Positions 1-15,264 are shown, counted from the stretch's first letter. The stretch: DNA of 64,000 bases from the human T2T-CHM13v2.0 reference genome, Homo sapiens (GCF_009914755.1 NC_060929.1); one strand, 5' to 3'. The notes: generated by a model from the sequence alone, not told the origin. Made by a program: numbers and translations.

Positions 1-40
1 ACTCTGGCCTGGGTTGACAGTGAGACCCTGTATCAAAACA

Positions 41-158
41 TTTCTTTTAGAGACAAGGCCTTGCTGTGTTGCCCAGGCTGATCTTGAACTCCTGGGCTTA
101 AGCAGTCCTCCCACCTTAGTCTCCAGAGTAGCTGGGGCTACAGGTGTGTGCCACCAAA
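41..158 (-). mobile_element. Alu left monomer (FLAM/AluJ-like), tail-to-tail with an Alu 3' end at 1-38 (+)
   Basis: gagacaaggccttgctgtgttgcccaggctgatcttgaactcctgggcttaagc is the reverse complement of the Alu left arm; 1-38 ends gacagtgagaccctgtatcaaaa. Confidence 0.75.
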
Positions 159-210
159 ACTGACTTCCTCATTTCTTGAATTGAGGTGTAACATGTATAT
201 AAAGTATGAC

Positions 211-760
211 TTTTTGTGGTAAAATATACATAACATAATATTTAACCATTTTAACCATTTGTAAGTATTCAATTTGGTGGCATTAAATACATTCACGGTG
301 TTGTGTAGTCGCTACCGTTATCTATACCCCCAATTTTTCCATCATCCCCAACAAAAACTCTGCACTCATTATCAGTAACTTCCCCTTTGTCCCTATCCCC
401 AGGCCCTAGTAATCTCAAGTCTACTTTCCGTCTCTATGAATTTTCCTATTCCAGATACCTTGTGTAAGTGTAATCATGCAGTGTTTGCCCTTTGGTGTCT
501 GGCATATATCATGTATAATGTTTCCAAGGGCTGTCTGTGTTGCAGCGTACATCAAAATTTCATTCCTATTCATGGCAATAATATTCCATCGTATGTAGAG
601 ACCACATTTTGTTTATTTGTTGATGGACACTTGGGTTGTTTCCACTGTTTGGCTCTTGTGAATAATGCTGCTGTGAACACTGGTATAGGAATATCTGTTT
701 GAGTTCCTGCTTTCTATTCTTTTGGGTATAAACCTAGGAGCCTAGGAGTTTTGGAATTCC
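211..760 (-). mobile_element. L1MB-type LINE-1 3' end fragment
   Basis: tgtggtaaaatatacataacat...ggcattaaatacattcac...gatggacacttgggttgtttccac...gaataatgctgctgtgaaca are typical antisense L1M 3' UTR motifs. Confidence 0.8.
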
Positions 761-1013
761 TGGGTAAAGTGTACCCATCTAAAGTGTTCAACCTGATGCA
801 TTTTTTCATATGCTTACACTTGTGGAACCACTACCTAGATCAGGCTATGGAAGATTTCTAGTACTCCAGAAGCCTCCCTTGAGCTCTCCTACAGGCAATC
901 CTTGCCCTCTCCCTGAGGGGACCACAATTCTTCCATCTTCTCAGCCTCAGGCTCCTTCCATGGGCCAGGCTTGGAGACTCATGGAAGGTTAAACAGGTCA
1001 ATGGACTAAAGGG

Positions 1014-1044
1014 ACACAGACACATACACACACAGACACACACA

Positions 1045-1087
<43 letters not shown>
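1014..1087. repeat. (AC)n microsatellite, pure (AC)21 at 1046-1087
   Basis: Directly visible. Confidence 0.97.
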
Positions 1088-1090
<3 letters not shown>

Positions 1091-2489
1091 GTCTCTCTGT
1101 AACCTTGTAATCCAAAGAAATGCTTTTAGTCCATATTTTCATTTGGGCTTTTTTGGTTTCTTGTCTTCTGAGATTGTTTTAGAAGACACAGTGATTCTTG
1201 ACTTCTTAGTTTTTCAAGGAGACTTGCATGTCTAAGAAAGTAACCTTGCCTGGCTGGATTTTGAATTCCTGGGTCTGAAATTGTAATGCTGATAAGAAGT
1301 GAACCACTGAAATGAAGGAGTTTCCCCTTGTAAGAGATGAGAAGGCACGTGGTCACCTCCTGCAGGACGTCGGTCAGTCTGCAGCACTCAGGGGTGGAGG
1401 CTTCTGGGTGCTGGAGCTGGAGAAAGGAGCCCTCAGGAATCTTTGGCTGAACCTCGCAAGGCCCCTTAAAGGGAGGGGTAGGTTGTGAAGAATACAGAGG
1501 AGCAAAATGGGGACCAGGAAGTGTTGGGGACTGAGGAGGCCCTGGGGGCTGTGACCAACCCCCGCTGCCACTGTCTCTGCTTCTTGCTGAGTGTCTGCTC
1601 TTTCCCCCTCACTACTCTCTGGAGGTCTTCATCCTCTGTTCTGTGTATCTCTTCTCTGATACTTCTGCTCACTCCCAGGTTTGGCTTTCACATGGTTTGG
1701 ATGCACCCTGAACCCCCATCACTCTACTCTTCCTCCCAGACCCTTCCAGCTTGGCTCCCACCAATTGTTGCCCATCATCTCAGTAAGCCCTGGTTCAGAT
1801 TCCTAGTACAGGAAATGTGGCTGGCCCAGTTTCTCTTCTCATGCCAAGTCGAGCCAGAGGCAGCTGCTTGGCCTGGAATGGGCTGCTTCTGGTCCAAGCC
1901 GTTTTCCTGCTCCGTGCTTTGGGGAGAACATGCTCAGCCTTCTGCCTTTGGGATATAATTCCCACTCCACAGTGGAGGCAGCAGAGGCCAGAGAGGTCAA
2001 GTGATGTGCCTATCCGTGTCGACAGATCAGGTCAGATGTTGATGGTGGTGGTTAGAGGTGGGGTGGGATGAGTGGAGTAAATGGGGAATGAGGGGATTTA
2101 GGATAAAGTAGAGGGCAGCATTATTCTCATTATGATGAGTTCCATCTTGCCCTATGTTACATGGAGTTCCTCCTGCCCCTGGACCCCCATGGTTCTCAGT
2201 GAATTCCCCATCACTCCCCATCTCCCAGTGCAGTTATTATACAAAGCTCAAACCTCCCGGAGGTATGTGTACATTCCAGTTCCTCCACATCCTCCCCAAC
2301 CCTCAATATGGTCAGCTTTAAAACGTTTAGCCATTCTAACAGGTAGTGAGCCCCTCTAATTCCTCACGTTGAAATGATTCAATGTACTTAAATTTGCTTC
2401 CCACGTGTGTTTACTCTAGCACTTGCTTTTATTTTTAGATGATGATGATTGCCCAAAGTAAGGTGATCATGCATAAAATCAGTAAGACA

Positions 2490-3300
<811 letters not shown>

Positions 3301-4271
3301 ACCAAAAGACAGAACGCACACTGGGCAGTCCAGGACAATCCATCTCTACTGAGGACATTGAGTAGTGTGGAGCTGGACCGGGTCCCTGTCCTTTTGTCCA
3401 CTTAGCTTGCTGGATGAAAGGGCACCTTTTGAACGGAAGGTTCAACTGGAGAAGTCTCTGAATCAAGGAAAACGGCTTGCCCTGTCTGGCTTGCTGAAAT
3501 GCTTCTCATTTTCCTGCTCGGGCCCAGACTGGGAAGTCCAGCCAAGCCCAGCGCTGTATCTCCCCCACTGCTTCATTTCTTTCCAATCAGACTCTTTTGT
3601 TTCCTGGAGATGCAGTTGCTTTGGCTACCAGGTTGAGGCTTTGGCCTCGCGAGTGTGGATTTACAATCATCCTCCCTTCAGTTGCCTTCACGGAGCTGTG
3701 ATTTGTCCGTGGCTGCCTGTGAGAGGATTCTAATCCCTGTGGAGCCTGTGACACTCTCCTGACCTCCTGTTACTTCATGGCCTCGTGTGGGCTCCCCGAG
3801 GTAGCTCTGCTCCTCGAGCCCCTCCCTCCCAGCCCAGCTCCCGCCGCACCCGCGCCCTCACCCTGGCTCTTCCGCTCTCTGCTGCTCCGTCTTACTGCAG
3901 CTCTCAGGGAATCGTATTCCCTCTTGACTCTGTGCCCTGCTTCTGTTGCTCTTTTCTTTCTTTTTTGTTTCCTCCACCCTCTTTTTTGCTCTGCCTCCTT
4001 CTCTTTCCTTTATTCTGGCTTCCGATGAGAGGGAGGGCCTGTACTTTTTCCTGGTTTTGGTTTCAACGTTTCACATTATGGATGGGTGTTCCTCTTATTT
4101 CGTTTCCATCTTGAAAACTTGGCCATTTGTGTCCCGCTGGATCCAGACACTGGAACACTCAGACATTTCTTGTCCTTTTGTGAGTGGCCAAATGGCTGTG
4201 AGACCCAAGTCTCGTGGATCGAACTCTGGATGTGGAGTCAGGACACCCACATTCTAGGTTCGATCCCATAG

Positions 4272-4748
<477 letters not shown>

Positions 4749-5499
4749 TAAAGCACTGAGTCAGAGACACTGAGCTCTCAGTGCACTTTAGAGCAGCACT
4801 TGGGCCTGTGGAACCCAGGGCTGGGCAGCTTCTGATGGATGCTACACACTTCATTTGCAAGCTTGTCTGTTCCTCCCGAGACCAACCTCGATCATGAGCT
4901 TGATATCATTGCTCCATCTACTCGGTGAGGAATGGGAAGGCTCAGAGCCTTGCGTTGACTTCTTCAAGGCCATAGGTGGAGATACAGCAGCCAGGCCAGC
5001 ATTTGAGCCCAGGCGTCCCTGCTCTGCCAGTTCATTCCTCTTTTCCAATTGACTGTGAATTCCTACCATCTACTCTTTGGCTTCCATATGACCCATTTCT
5101 TTTATGTTTGTGGAAAAGGAGGTTGAGGGAGACAAGTGTGTTTAAAAAAAAGTAAGAAGGATTGGAGTCTAAAAAAAGCTGGCCCGGACCTGCTGCTGCT
5201 GAATGCGGATGTTGTCACAGCCCAAATTCCTTAGGGGAAAAGGGATGACTGAGTATTACCAGCATCAAGATTCCGTTTTTCTTATGTGGGTGGTGGGACA
5301 GGGGGTGTCTTCTCTATAATACACCTGCATGTTCACGGAGGAAATAGTCACTGATTTATATTTACTCTGTGTGAGCCACACAGCAGTGAGAGCACAACAA
5401 AGATTGGGCTAAGTGATTTCTTTTCTTGAGCTGCCTCCACCTAGGGTGCAACAGTGGCTAGTTACAAGAAAGGATACAGTCTTTATCCTAAGGAATATA

Positions 5500-5740
5500 A
5501 GTAATAATAATAATAGTAAACACAGGGCATCCTTCATGTGCTTTTGTGTGTATTAACTCGTTGTTAGAGCACCCCTGAGACATAGGTTTTGTTAACATCC
5601 ATGTTTTTTAGGTGAGGAATCTGAATCAAGAGAGGTTAGATTTCTCCTTCATGAGCACACAAACAGTAAGTGGGAATAGGGATTGGAACCCAGGCAGGCT
5701 GGCTCCGAAGTTCACCCTCTAAGCACAGCCACACTCTGCT
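5500..5740 (-). mobile_element. MIR
   Basis: ggtgaggaatctgaatcaagagaggttaga...gggattggaacccaggcaggctggctcc is the antisense MIR core. Confidence 0.75.
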
Positions 5741-7415
5741 TCTCCCAGTGCCCCCAGACACTCAGAAGACCACATTCGCTCCCATTAGGGGGTCTGATGA
5801 GGCCTTTTGGAGAGATATTTAAGCTGGCCTTGCAGGAGAGGAAGGAGGATTTCCCTCTATGGATAGGTTGGGGGAAGTTACTCCAGGCCTCAAGGCTGGG
5901 CTGGAACAGTGGGAAGCCCTTTACCTCCCAGTGGTGGGAACTGCAGCTTGACATTTAGTTTCTCCAAATAACCACACTGTCTCATGTAACTGTGATGGAG
6001 TTAGCAATCATAAATAACCCACACCTCTAAAACATCAGCTTTAGCAAATGTACATGGAATCCCAGAAGCTGATCCTATGACATCTCCAAAGGCATTTCCA
6101 TCATTGCTTCTACAGTTCTTGCCCTTCCATTCCTGGGAGAGACTTTGCGTTCTTTTGGGGTAAGACAGGAGATGTATGAGGGCTTGGTGAGTTTTCACTC
6201 TGCGCTTGATTTGGTACCCTCTGGGGTACTTATATTTACGTTTTAAAGGCCAGAAGGTCTGAGATCTTTCTGCCTCACTTCCTGAGGCTGTGGAGGCCTC
6301 CCTCAATCCCTCCTGCGTGCATGTGTGGGTGTAACATCTCCTCTGTGCTATGCCATGTGCTGGGCATATGGATGGAAAGACAGTCCCTGTCCACAAAGAG
6401 GTTGGAGTCCAGTGGCGAGGGCATCAGATACACAGATTATCCTGGGTCAGTGTTGTACCCATTGGAGGTGTGTACCAGGTGCAGACAGATCAGGGGCCAG
6501 GGCTGGCTTCATGTTTCTTGGGGGTCAAGAGGCTTCCAGGACAGTGAAGTGTGCCCTGCTCACCAAGGACAGACGGGCAAGGTGGAAGCATGTGTTCCAG
6601 GAGTTGCAGCCTCAGCATTGCTGCCAGCAGGCTGTGAGGTGGGTGACAGATGAACCTGAGATGTCACTCATCCTCAAAACCTCAGTGAGGCAAACCCCAG
6701 GCGAGGAAAATGCAGGTTCTGATGATCACTCAGGGTTCTTGGGCCCTGGTTTCCCGTTCATTGTCCAGATTTTAGACTTCTCCCTTTCCTCTTTCTCCCT
6801 GCTGGCCTGCAGCCATTGCAAAAGCTACAGCAGAAGCTCAGCCATGGTGTCCTAAATGCACTGATTTCTCCACGCGTTCAAAACATGTTTAGGAGACTTT
6901 GGAGATCCACTAGGAAGGAGGCTCCAGAGGGAAACAAATGCATATTTTGTCTTATTTTTGGTAAAACTAATTACAGAGGATGAACCATTAGAGACACATC
7001 CTGTTGTGTTCTAAACAGAGCCAGTGCCCCCAGAGAGCCTCTTCACAATTGCCAATAGCCATTTTCAATTATATGATAGATTATGATTGCATATAGTCAG
7101 CATGCTATACAATAGGTCTCCGGAATGTATTCTTGTTTAACTGAAAGCTTGTACTCCTTGGCCAACACCTCCCCATTCCCTGTTTACCCCAAACTCACAC
7201 CCCCAACCCCTGGCAACCATCATTCTACTCTTCTATGAGTTCCACTGTCTCAAATTCCACATATAAGTGAGATCATGCAGTGCTTGTCTTTCCATGTCTG
7301 GTTTATTTCACTTAGCATAATGTTCTCCAGGTTTATCCATAGTTGTTGCATATGACAGGACTTCCTATTTTAAAGCAGAATATGATTCCATTGTGTATAT
7401 ATGTGTGTATATATT

Positions 7416-8321
<906 letters not shown>

Positions 8322-8854
8322 TAATGCTGCAATGAACATGTAATGAACGTGGGAGTGCGGATATCTCTTCAACAGGCTGATTTCTTTTCCCTTGTATATA
8401 GATCCGCAAGTGGGATTGCTAGTTCATATGATAGTTCTGTTTTTAATCTTTTGAGGAACCTCCATGCTGTTTCCATAATGGCTGTACCGATTGACATCCC
8501 CACCACTAGTATACCAGGGTCCTTTTATCTCCTCTGTATTTTCTAAGGTCAAACACCCTTCATCATTGTGTTGCACATAGAAAATAACACCATGGCCGTC
8601 ATTTTCCCCCCAGTGACTATGCAGTCTTGTTTCACATGAGGAAAACATATCCCTCCTATTACCAACATGTTAAGCTTGTTCTGTATGAGGTGATAACCCT
8701 GGCAGGGGAGTTTGTCTCTTTCTTGGGCTTATTTCCATTATGAAGAAGTCCCCACATTGACTCTGAAGGCTTCCAGTGGTTTATCCTTGAGGCCCACATT
8801 TCTGCAAGGCTTATGGTTAACTGTCTGCTCTGAATGAATATCCTGTCTGCTCTG

Positions 8855-9535
8855 GCTCCAAAATATACCTCCAGTCCCTCTATATCCTCAACTATGTGTG
8901 TCCCTCTCTGTAGCCATCTTCCTGGTCCGGGACACTGTTACCTCTCCCCTGGACTCCTGCACAGCCTCCTAGCTAGCCTTTTGGCTGGGTGATCTTTGTT
9001 CCTTTGTCTAAGACCCTTCAAAGACTTCGCTGTGCTGAGAATGAAATTCAGGCTTCTTGCCTCCTCCTGTATGGCTGCACTCCTCACCCCTGGCCCTTCC
9101 CCACCTTCTCACCTCCCCACTTGTCTCTTGTGCACTCCTTTTAGCCACAGGGCGCCTTTCGGCTCCTCAGACACTTTGCACTTGCCATTCTTCCTCCTGA
9201 AACACTCTTCCCCCAGCTTGTTGCAGGCTGACTTGCTTTCCTCTTCTTCCTCCCTCAGCTCAGCCTGAGCTGAAGGTTGAGGTTTTCTTTGGCTGCTGTA
9301 TAGAATGGCCTCCCCCAGTGACTCTCTGACACATCATTTCGTTTAGTGATGTCTCAGCTCTCATCAGAGTCTATGTGTGCTTGTTTCTTTATGTGTTTAT
9401 CTGTTATCTGTCTCCCACACTAGAATGCAAGCTCCTTGCAAGCTCAGCCTTACCTGCCCTATTCACCGTGGTATGACCTCTTGTCTAGCAAACATGGAAT
9501 GCACTCAATACACATTGATCAGACTGGTGGGTGGA
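8855..9535 (+). mobile_element. L2 3' region
   Basis: cctggactcctgcacagcctccta...tgtctcccacactagaatgcaagctcc...gcactcaata. Confidence 0.65.
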
Positions 9536-9761
9536 TAATGGGTGATGCAGTAGAGGATTCCTGACAAACACTGATGCCAATGGAGGGGAAGCTAATGATT
9601 CTCTTGGTCAGCCACATCACAGGATACCTGCTGGCTCAGATTCCAAGAGGGCAATATGAGAGCAAATATCACAAGCCTGACATTGCAAATATACCCTGGT
9701 TGTATAAACCATGTGCAATTTTTCATGCCATTAATTATATAAATAGTACATGTTTATTGAG

Positions 9762-10135
9762 TGTGTAGTATGCATTCAGCTTTGGCAGTATAATAAACTA
9801 CCACAGAATCTCAAGGGCATACAGATCCTATGTCTGCACGTTGGCTGGGGTTTGCCTGTTCTATGCAGGGCTTGGCTGGGTTGGGCTCTGGGCTGCAGGG
9901 GGTATCCAGGGCTTCTCTATGTGATCCTTATCCTTCTTAGACTAGCTGGTTCCTTGAGCTGAGGAAGGATCATAAGAGGGCAATGCCAGTTAGGCAGGTC
10001 CATTTCAAACCTTTGCTAACATCTCATTGGCCAAAGCAAGTGACATAATCACATCCAAAGTCAAGGGCAGAGAAGGCTCTTCCATGCTCCCTGAGGCCAT
10101 GGCAAGGGTGTGTGAACCATAACACCACCACCACC
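9762..10135 (-). mobile_element. MLT1H/I/J-like MaLR LTR
   Basis: taataaactaccacagaatctca...ctaacatctcattggccaaagcaagtgacata...aaagtcaagggcag. Confidence 0.6.
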
Positions 10136-10219
10136 ACAGGGGAAATGGAGAAATGAGACCAATTCCAGTCTTTGTCAAGTATGTCATTTAGCCCTCCAAC
10201 AACCTTACCGGGGTTATTA

Positions 10220-10390
10220 ACCATATTATATTACTATTATATATTATGTATTATACTATATGCTATAACTACACTATATCAGTATCTATTTTGCAACGTG
10301 TTATGCTATAATTATCCTACAAGTGTATATTACATATTACACTATACTACTAATAATATAGTATATATATTATACTATAAAATATTATTT
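10220..10390. repeat. AT-rich low-complexity (TATAC/TAT-like) tract
   Basis: Directly visible. Confidence 0.8.
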
Positions 10391-10399
10391 TTGTGTGAT

Positions 10400-10525
10400 C
10401 ATGCAAGGTCTTAATATTACCTTCATTTTGTAGATAAAGAAAGTAAGAATGAAGAGGTGAGGAGACTTGCCCAGGGTTGCAGTCAGGAGCAGAGCTGGAG
10501 TCTGGAGCCAAGATGTCAGACTCTA
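10400..10525 (-). mobile_element. MIR fragment
   Basis: cattttgtagataaagaaa...gaggtgaggagacttgcccagggttgc...gcagagctggagtctggagcc. Confidence 0.65.
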
Positions 10526-11785
10526 GGGTTTCATCACAGACCCTTGTGATGCTGCTTCCCATGATTTTGATAAAAGAAGCAAAATGCCTCCAAATTGGGA
10601 TGTAGGAAAAGTTGGCTGCTGGTGTCCTTCCATCTCAAATTCAGATCCTTCACTCTGCCTACTTCCGGGGCATCCTCTGGCAGCCCTCGCTCTGGTCTTT
10701 GTGTAAAGGCCTCTTTCCTTTCCATTAAAATTACACAACCAGAGTTCCATGCCCTCTGCATCTCTAACAGCCTTGAGAATCAATGGCTGCTAGTTATTTT
10801 CCCAAGAGAGAATTTGTTTGCATTTTTAAGACCCCCTATCCAAAGGCCTAACCAATGTGGGAATTTGAGACACCGAGCAGGCTCAGGGGGAGGTAGTAGG
10901 AGACAATGAAGCTTTTTGGAATCTTTAATCACTTTGAGATGGGAAGTCTATTGAATAGAGAGTCGAGATTTCCTTAGCATTTAGTTCCTGTTAATCTTGG
11001 TGGCGGGAGGTTGGGATTTGGGGAGGGAGGGAGAGAGAGAGCAAGAACCCTCAGGACTGATGTTGTGGGTGAACATACATGGATATGCAGTTACATAAAG
11101 GCATTCCATACCGAGCAGAGGATCTGCTTCAGTTACGATGGAACGTTTCAACTCCATCATTTGGCATGTTCTGTAACCAGAGGTCTTTCAGCACAAGGCA
11201 GGCTGGTGGGAATGGGATCTGATTTGAGGACTTAATGTCATGGCCTGTTCTGTGTGTATGTGTACTTGTGTGTTTGTAGAAAATTCAATACTTAATTGTA
11301 TGCTTCGTCTGCTCACCACTAATTTCTAAAAGAGACATTCCAAAGCCTTGGTTACATTCGCTCATATCTCATAAAAGCCATAACTTGACTGCGGGTGCCC
11401 AGAACTAATCCTGTGTGGAGACAGGGGCAGCTGTCACCTGGGAGGGTTGGAGGTTCCGGAAGACCCACTGTCCTGAGAATTACCACCTCCCCAGCATCCA
11501 TTTCCTTTCTTCCATCCTGAAGGGACTCCAAATTTCCCAGCATGTGGTTTGAGTGACCCACCTCCACCCCCAGATCTAGAAGTGGATTGGTGGAAGGCCG
11601 TTAACCTAATTCTTGCTACAGCAAACTGGTTTAGGAGTGGAAGTGTGGTGTGAGTGGATTAAAAAAGAGGCAGCCCAAGATTATGGAGAAAGAGAAACTC
11701 TTCCCCCTTCAGATATGAATGAGGATGAACCCTGTTAGTTCTCTTGTGACAGTGAGAGGAGCTGCCTTGACATAGCAGCTGACAC

Positions 11786-11897
11786 TGGGAAGGTCCACAG
11801 AGAGATGGAAGCAAATGAATGAATGGGAAGGTCCACAGAGAAATGGAAGCAAATGAATGACTTGGAAGGTCCACAGAGAGATGGAAGTAAATGAATG
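11786..11897. repeat. 38 bp tandem repeat, ~3 copies
   Basis: Unit tgggaaggtccacagagagatggaagcaaatgaatgaa starts at 11786, 11824 and 11862. Confidence 0.95.
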
Positions 11898-13004
11898 TTT
11901 AGTGAAAATGTTTAACTGGATCAGACCCCACCTGAAGCCTGTTCTACCTCTAAGATCTTTCATTCTCTTTATAGGTTAAGCCTGAGTTTGGTCTTCTGTT
12001 ACTTGGAACTGAAATAATGTGCATTGACACACCTAACAAGTCAAAGTATTGTCTTTTGCTGGTCTGCTCTGGTCCTGGAAACATCCACTGATAGAATCAC
12101 TGGTCTGGGACAAATTGTGGTACCCAAAGACCTCAGGAAGCACTTAGAAGCATTACTCCTGAAGTCCCATTCGTCCCAAGAAGAGTTGCTGGCTGGAGGA
12201 GACAATATGTAAACATGTCATGACAAGATGGTGTGGTGAGTGCTATGTTGGCATGTTGGAGGCAAGCATAGCCATGCTCACAGTGAGGAATGACTTAGGA
12301 GCGCAACCACAGCCCCATGCTACCTTCCACCATTTGGATAAAAGAAGGAAAATGCCTTCAAATTGCGATGTAAGCTCTGTCCAGAGAATTTAGGGATGGT
12401 TTTACCCAACAGGATTTGTGAGGCATCGACCACCCACCAAGCACTGTTCTAGGTGGTGGAGTCACTGCAGTGAGCAAAACAAAGTCCTTGTCTGCATGGA
12501 TCTTTCATTCCAGTTGGGGTGGGTAACAATAAACACATAAGCAATAAGCAATTGAAGACAGGAGAGAATACAAATGGCATGAAGAAAAATAACACTAGTG
12601 AGTGATTGAGAGCAGGGCAGAGGGAAAACCTGTCTAGGGAGGTAACGGAGAAGAAGAGACCTGAGGAGGGGCGCAAAGTGAATCACAGAGCCACGTCAGA
12701 GAGGATGCTCCAGGCAGAGCAAATACAAGAACAGAGGCCCCAGAGCTGGGACCACAGGTTTGATATTAGAGGCTGGGGTGGGGAGCAGGGGTAAGGCAGA
12801 GTGAGTGAGGGGCAGGGAGCAGATGAGTTCAGAGGGTTAGTGGGTGCCATGTCCTGGGGCAAGGTCTTCAAGGCCATGGTGAGGACCTTGGATTTTACTC
12901 TGATGAGTAAGGGCCTATGGAGGGTTTTAAGGCATTGCACAATTTGAGGTATGATTTAACCCTCCCACCCTCCTGCTGCCATATGAGAGCAGACTCTAGG
13001 GAGG

Positions 13005-13450
13005 TTTAGTGGGTTGACTGGCGGGTCCCCTAAAAGATATGTCCACATCTTAACTCCCAGAATCTCTGAAGGTGACCTTATTTAGAAAAGGGTAATTAAG
13101 TTAAGAATCTCGAGATAAGGTCATCTTGGATTATCTGGATAGGTCCTAAATCCCGTGACAAGTGTTCTTACAAAAGACAGAAAAAGAGAAGATGGGTGGT
13201 AAGAGAAGGCCATGTGAAAATGGGGGCAGAGATTGGAGTCTAGTAGTCACAAGCCAAGAAATCCCTGGCACTACCAGAAGCGTGTAGAGGCAAGGAAAGA
13301 GACTCTCCTAGAGACTCTGGAGGAATCAGAGTGCTGCTGATGGGTTAGTTTCTGATTTCTGGCCTCTAAAACTGTGAGATAATAAATTTTTGTTGTTTTA
13401 AGCCATCAAGTCTGAGATAATCTGTTATGGCAACGTAAGAAGCTAATACA
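13005..13450 (+). mobile_element. MLT1C/D-like solo LTR
   Basis: tagtgggttgactggcgggtcccctaaaagatatgtccac...gaccttatttagaaaaggg...ctgtgagataataaatttttgttgttttaagcca...gctaataca. Confidence 0.85.
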
Positions 13451-14046
13451 AGATGCAGGAGTGAAGCAGCGAGGTCTGGAAAAAAGCTATTGCAAAAATA
13501 CAGGTAAGAAATGAAGCTACCTTGGCCTAGAGTGGGAGCAGTGATGGGGCAAGAGGCTGTCCCACTGTGAAGGTAGGCTTTGCTGAGGTATTAGATGTGG
13601 GGTATGAAGGAAAGGAGTCAAGGAGGACTGTGACATTAATAGTGTCAGACTGAGTAACTGAAGGGTGGAATTGACATCTGAAAGGGGGAGACAGGGAGAA
13701 TCAGGTTTGTGTCGGGGAAGGACAGGTGTTTGAGTTGCTTATTAGACACCAAGTGGCTATGTCGAGTAGGTAGGTGGATATGAGAGCCTGTTACCTGGAT
13801 CAGATATATACACCTGGGTAACACAGGCATAGTGATGGCACGAAAAGCCAAGAGCCTGGATGAGCAAGCCAGGGAGTGAGAGTAGACACAGAGGAGGCAT
13901 AACAGGGAAGGAACACTTGGATACACCCATGTTACAAGGTCAGGGAGGTTAGAAAGACCTGATGAAGGAGACTGAGAAGGAGCAACAGGAGAGATAGGAA
14001 GAAAACCTGGTGAGCATGGTGTCCCAGGAGGCACATGAAGAAAGTA

Positions 14047-14407
14047 CAGGGTCAGTCAAGATGAATGGGGCACAATAACAATTTTATTATTCAGTAGTCA
14101 GAATAAAAGTTTTATCACACAAGGATCTTGGTTTGTCTCAGGTCTTCTTGCCAACCTCGAGGACATAAACAAATGTATTGTCACTGCCATTTCAATCATT
14201 CAACAGTAATATGTTACTCAGGTCTGGGACAAGTAACTTCCAGTGTCAACAAGGGCCATGTGACATGAGGGGTGCATATTGGACAATTGTAGGATGAAAG
14301 AAATATCTGTTTAAGCTCATTGAAGAATAAGTGTGGACTACCTCTTCATAATCTAGGGACTGAGTGACACATTTTTGAAAGTGTTTGATTCATTCTGGAT
14401 CATGCTG
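14047..14407 (+). mobile_element. Non-autonomous Tc1/mariner DNA transposon relic
   Basis: TA on both sides (14045-14046, 14408-14409) splitting the L2 motif gaagaaagTA|tttcaagagg; 27 bp degenerate terminal inverted repeats (16/27 match); decayed transposase C-terminus at 14144-14292. Confidence 0.75.
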
Positions 14408-15264
14408 TATTTCAAGAGGAAGAAGTGATCTTCAATGCCAAATGCTACTGAAAGGGGAAGGCAGTGAAAGATGAGCATTGACCATTGATTTGGGCATCGA
14501 CACTGGAAAGAACAGTCTAGGGAGTGGTGAGGCTGAAAGCCTGACTAGAGTGGATTTAAGAGAATGAGAGGGGAGAGCCTGGGCACTTGGAATTCCATTA
14601 ACCATTTAGAAAGTCTACTCTGTGAAAGGGAGCAAAAAAATATGAAGGTAGCTGGAGGAAAACATAGGATTAAAGTATAGAAACATTTTGTTTTTAAGGT
14701 ATAAATAGCAGTGTGTTTGTAAGATGATGGGAAAGACCCAGCAGAGAGGAAAAGGCTGATGATGCAGGAGCCTGGGGGTTGAACTGCTGGAGAAATGCCC
14801 TGGAGGAAGAGAGAGGTGATGGGATGCAGGGCCCAAGGGGAGGGGCTGGCCTTGCAAAGAGCCCATTTAGTGATAGAAGGAAGGCGGGAATATGGGGACA
14901 GATGCAGTGAAGATGAAGGAGGAAGTGTTGGAAGTTGGAGGACAGAGAGGGGTCAGAGAATTGTCCCCCAGATGAGAGGGAGAGGACCTGCCGGGGGAAA
15001 TGTAGGATTGCTAGACAGAGCCAAGAGGCATTTGGGGCTTTGATAGCTTAAGTAGGGCCAGTCAACACAGCTAGGGGTGTTTCTCCAGCCACGTTCAGCT
15101 GCTCGGAGCAGGCACAGAGTAAGTAGAAAGTTGAGCTTAAGTAGGCTTGGGGGTTTTGCTAGGCTACAATGAAAAAGGAAACATGGGCACGGTGGTTGAG
15201 GGTGTATGAAAGGCAGTGACAGACCAAGGAATTAACCAGGCAAGGAGGAGAGGTCCTCTTGGTG

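Noticed and set aside
6325-6855. 176 aa ORF with overlapping ORFs in other frames
   Set aside because: No recognisable homology or exon structure; consistent with chance in moderately GC-rich DNA.
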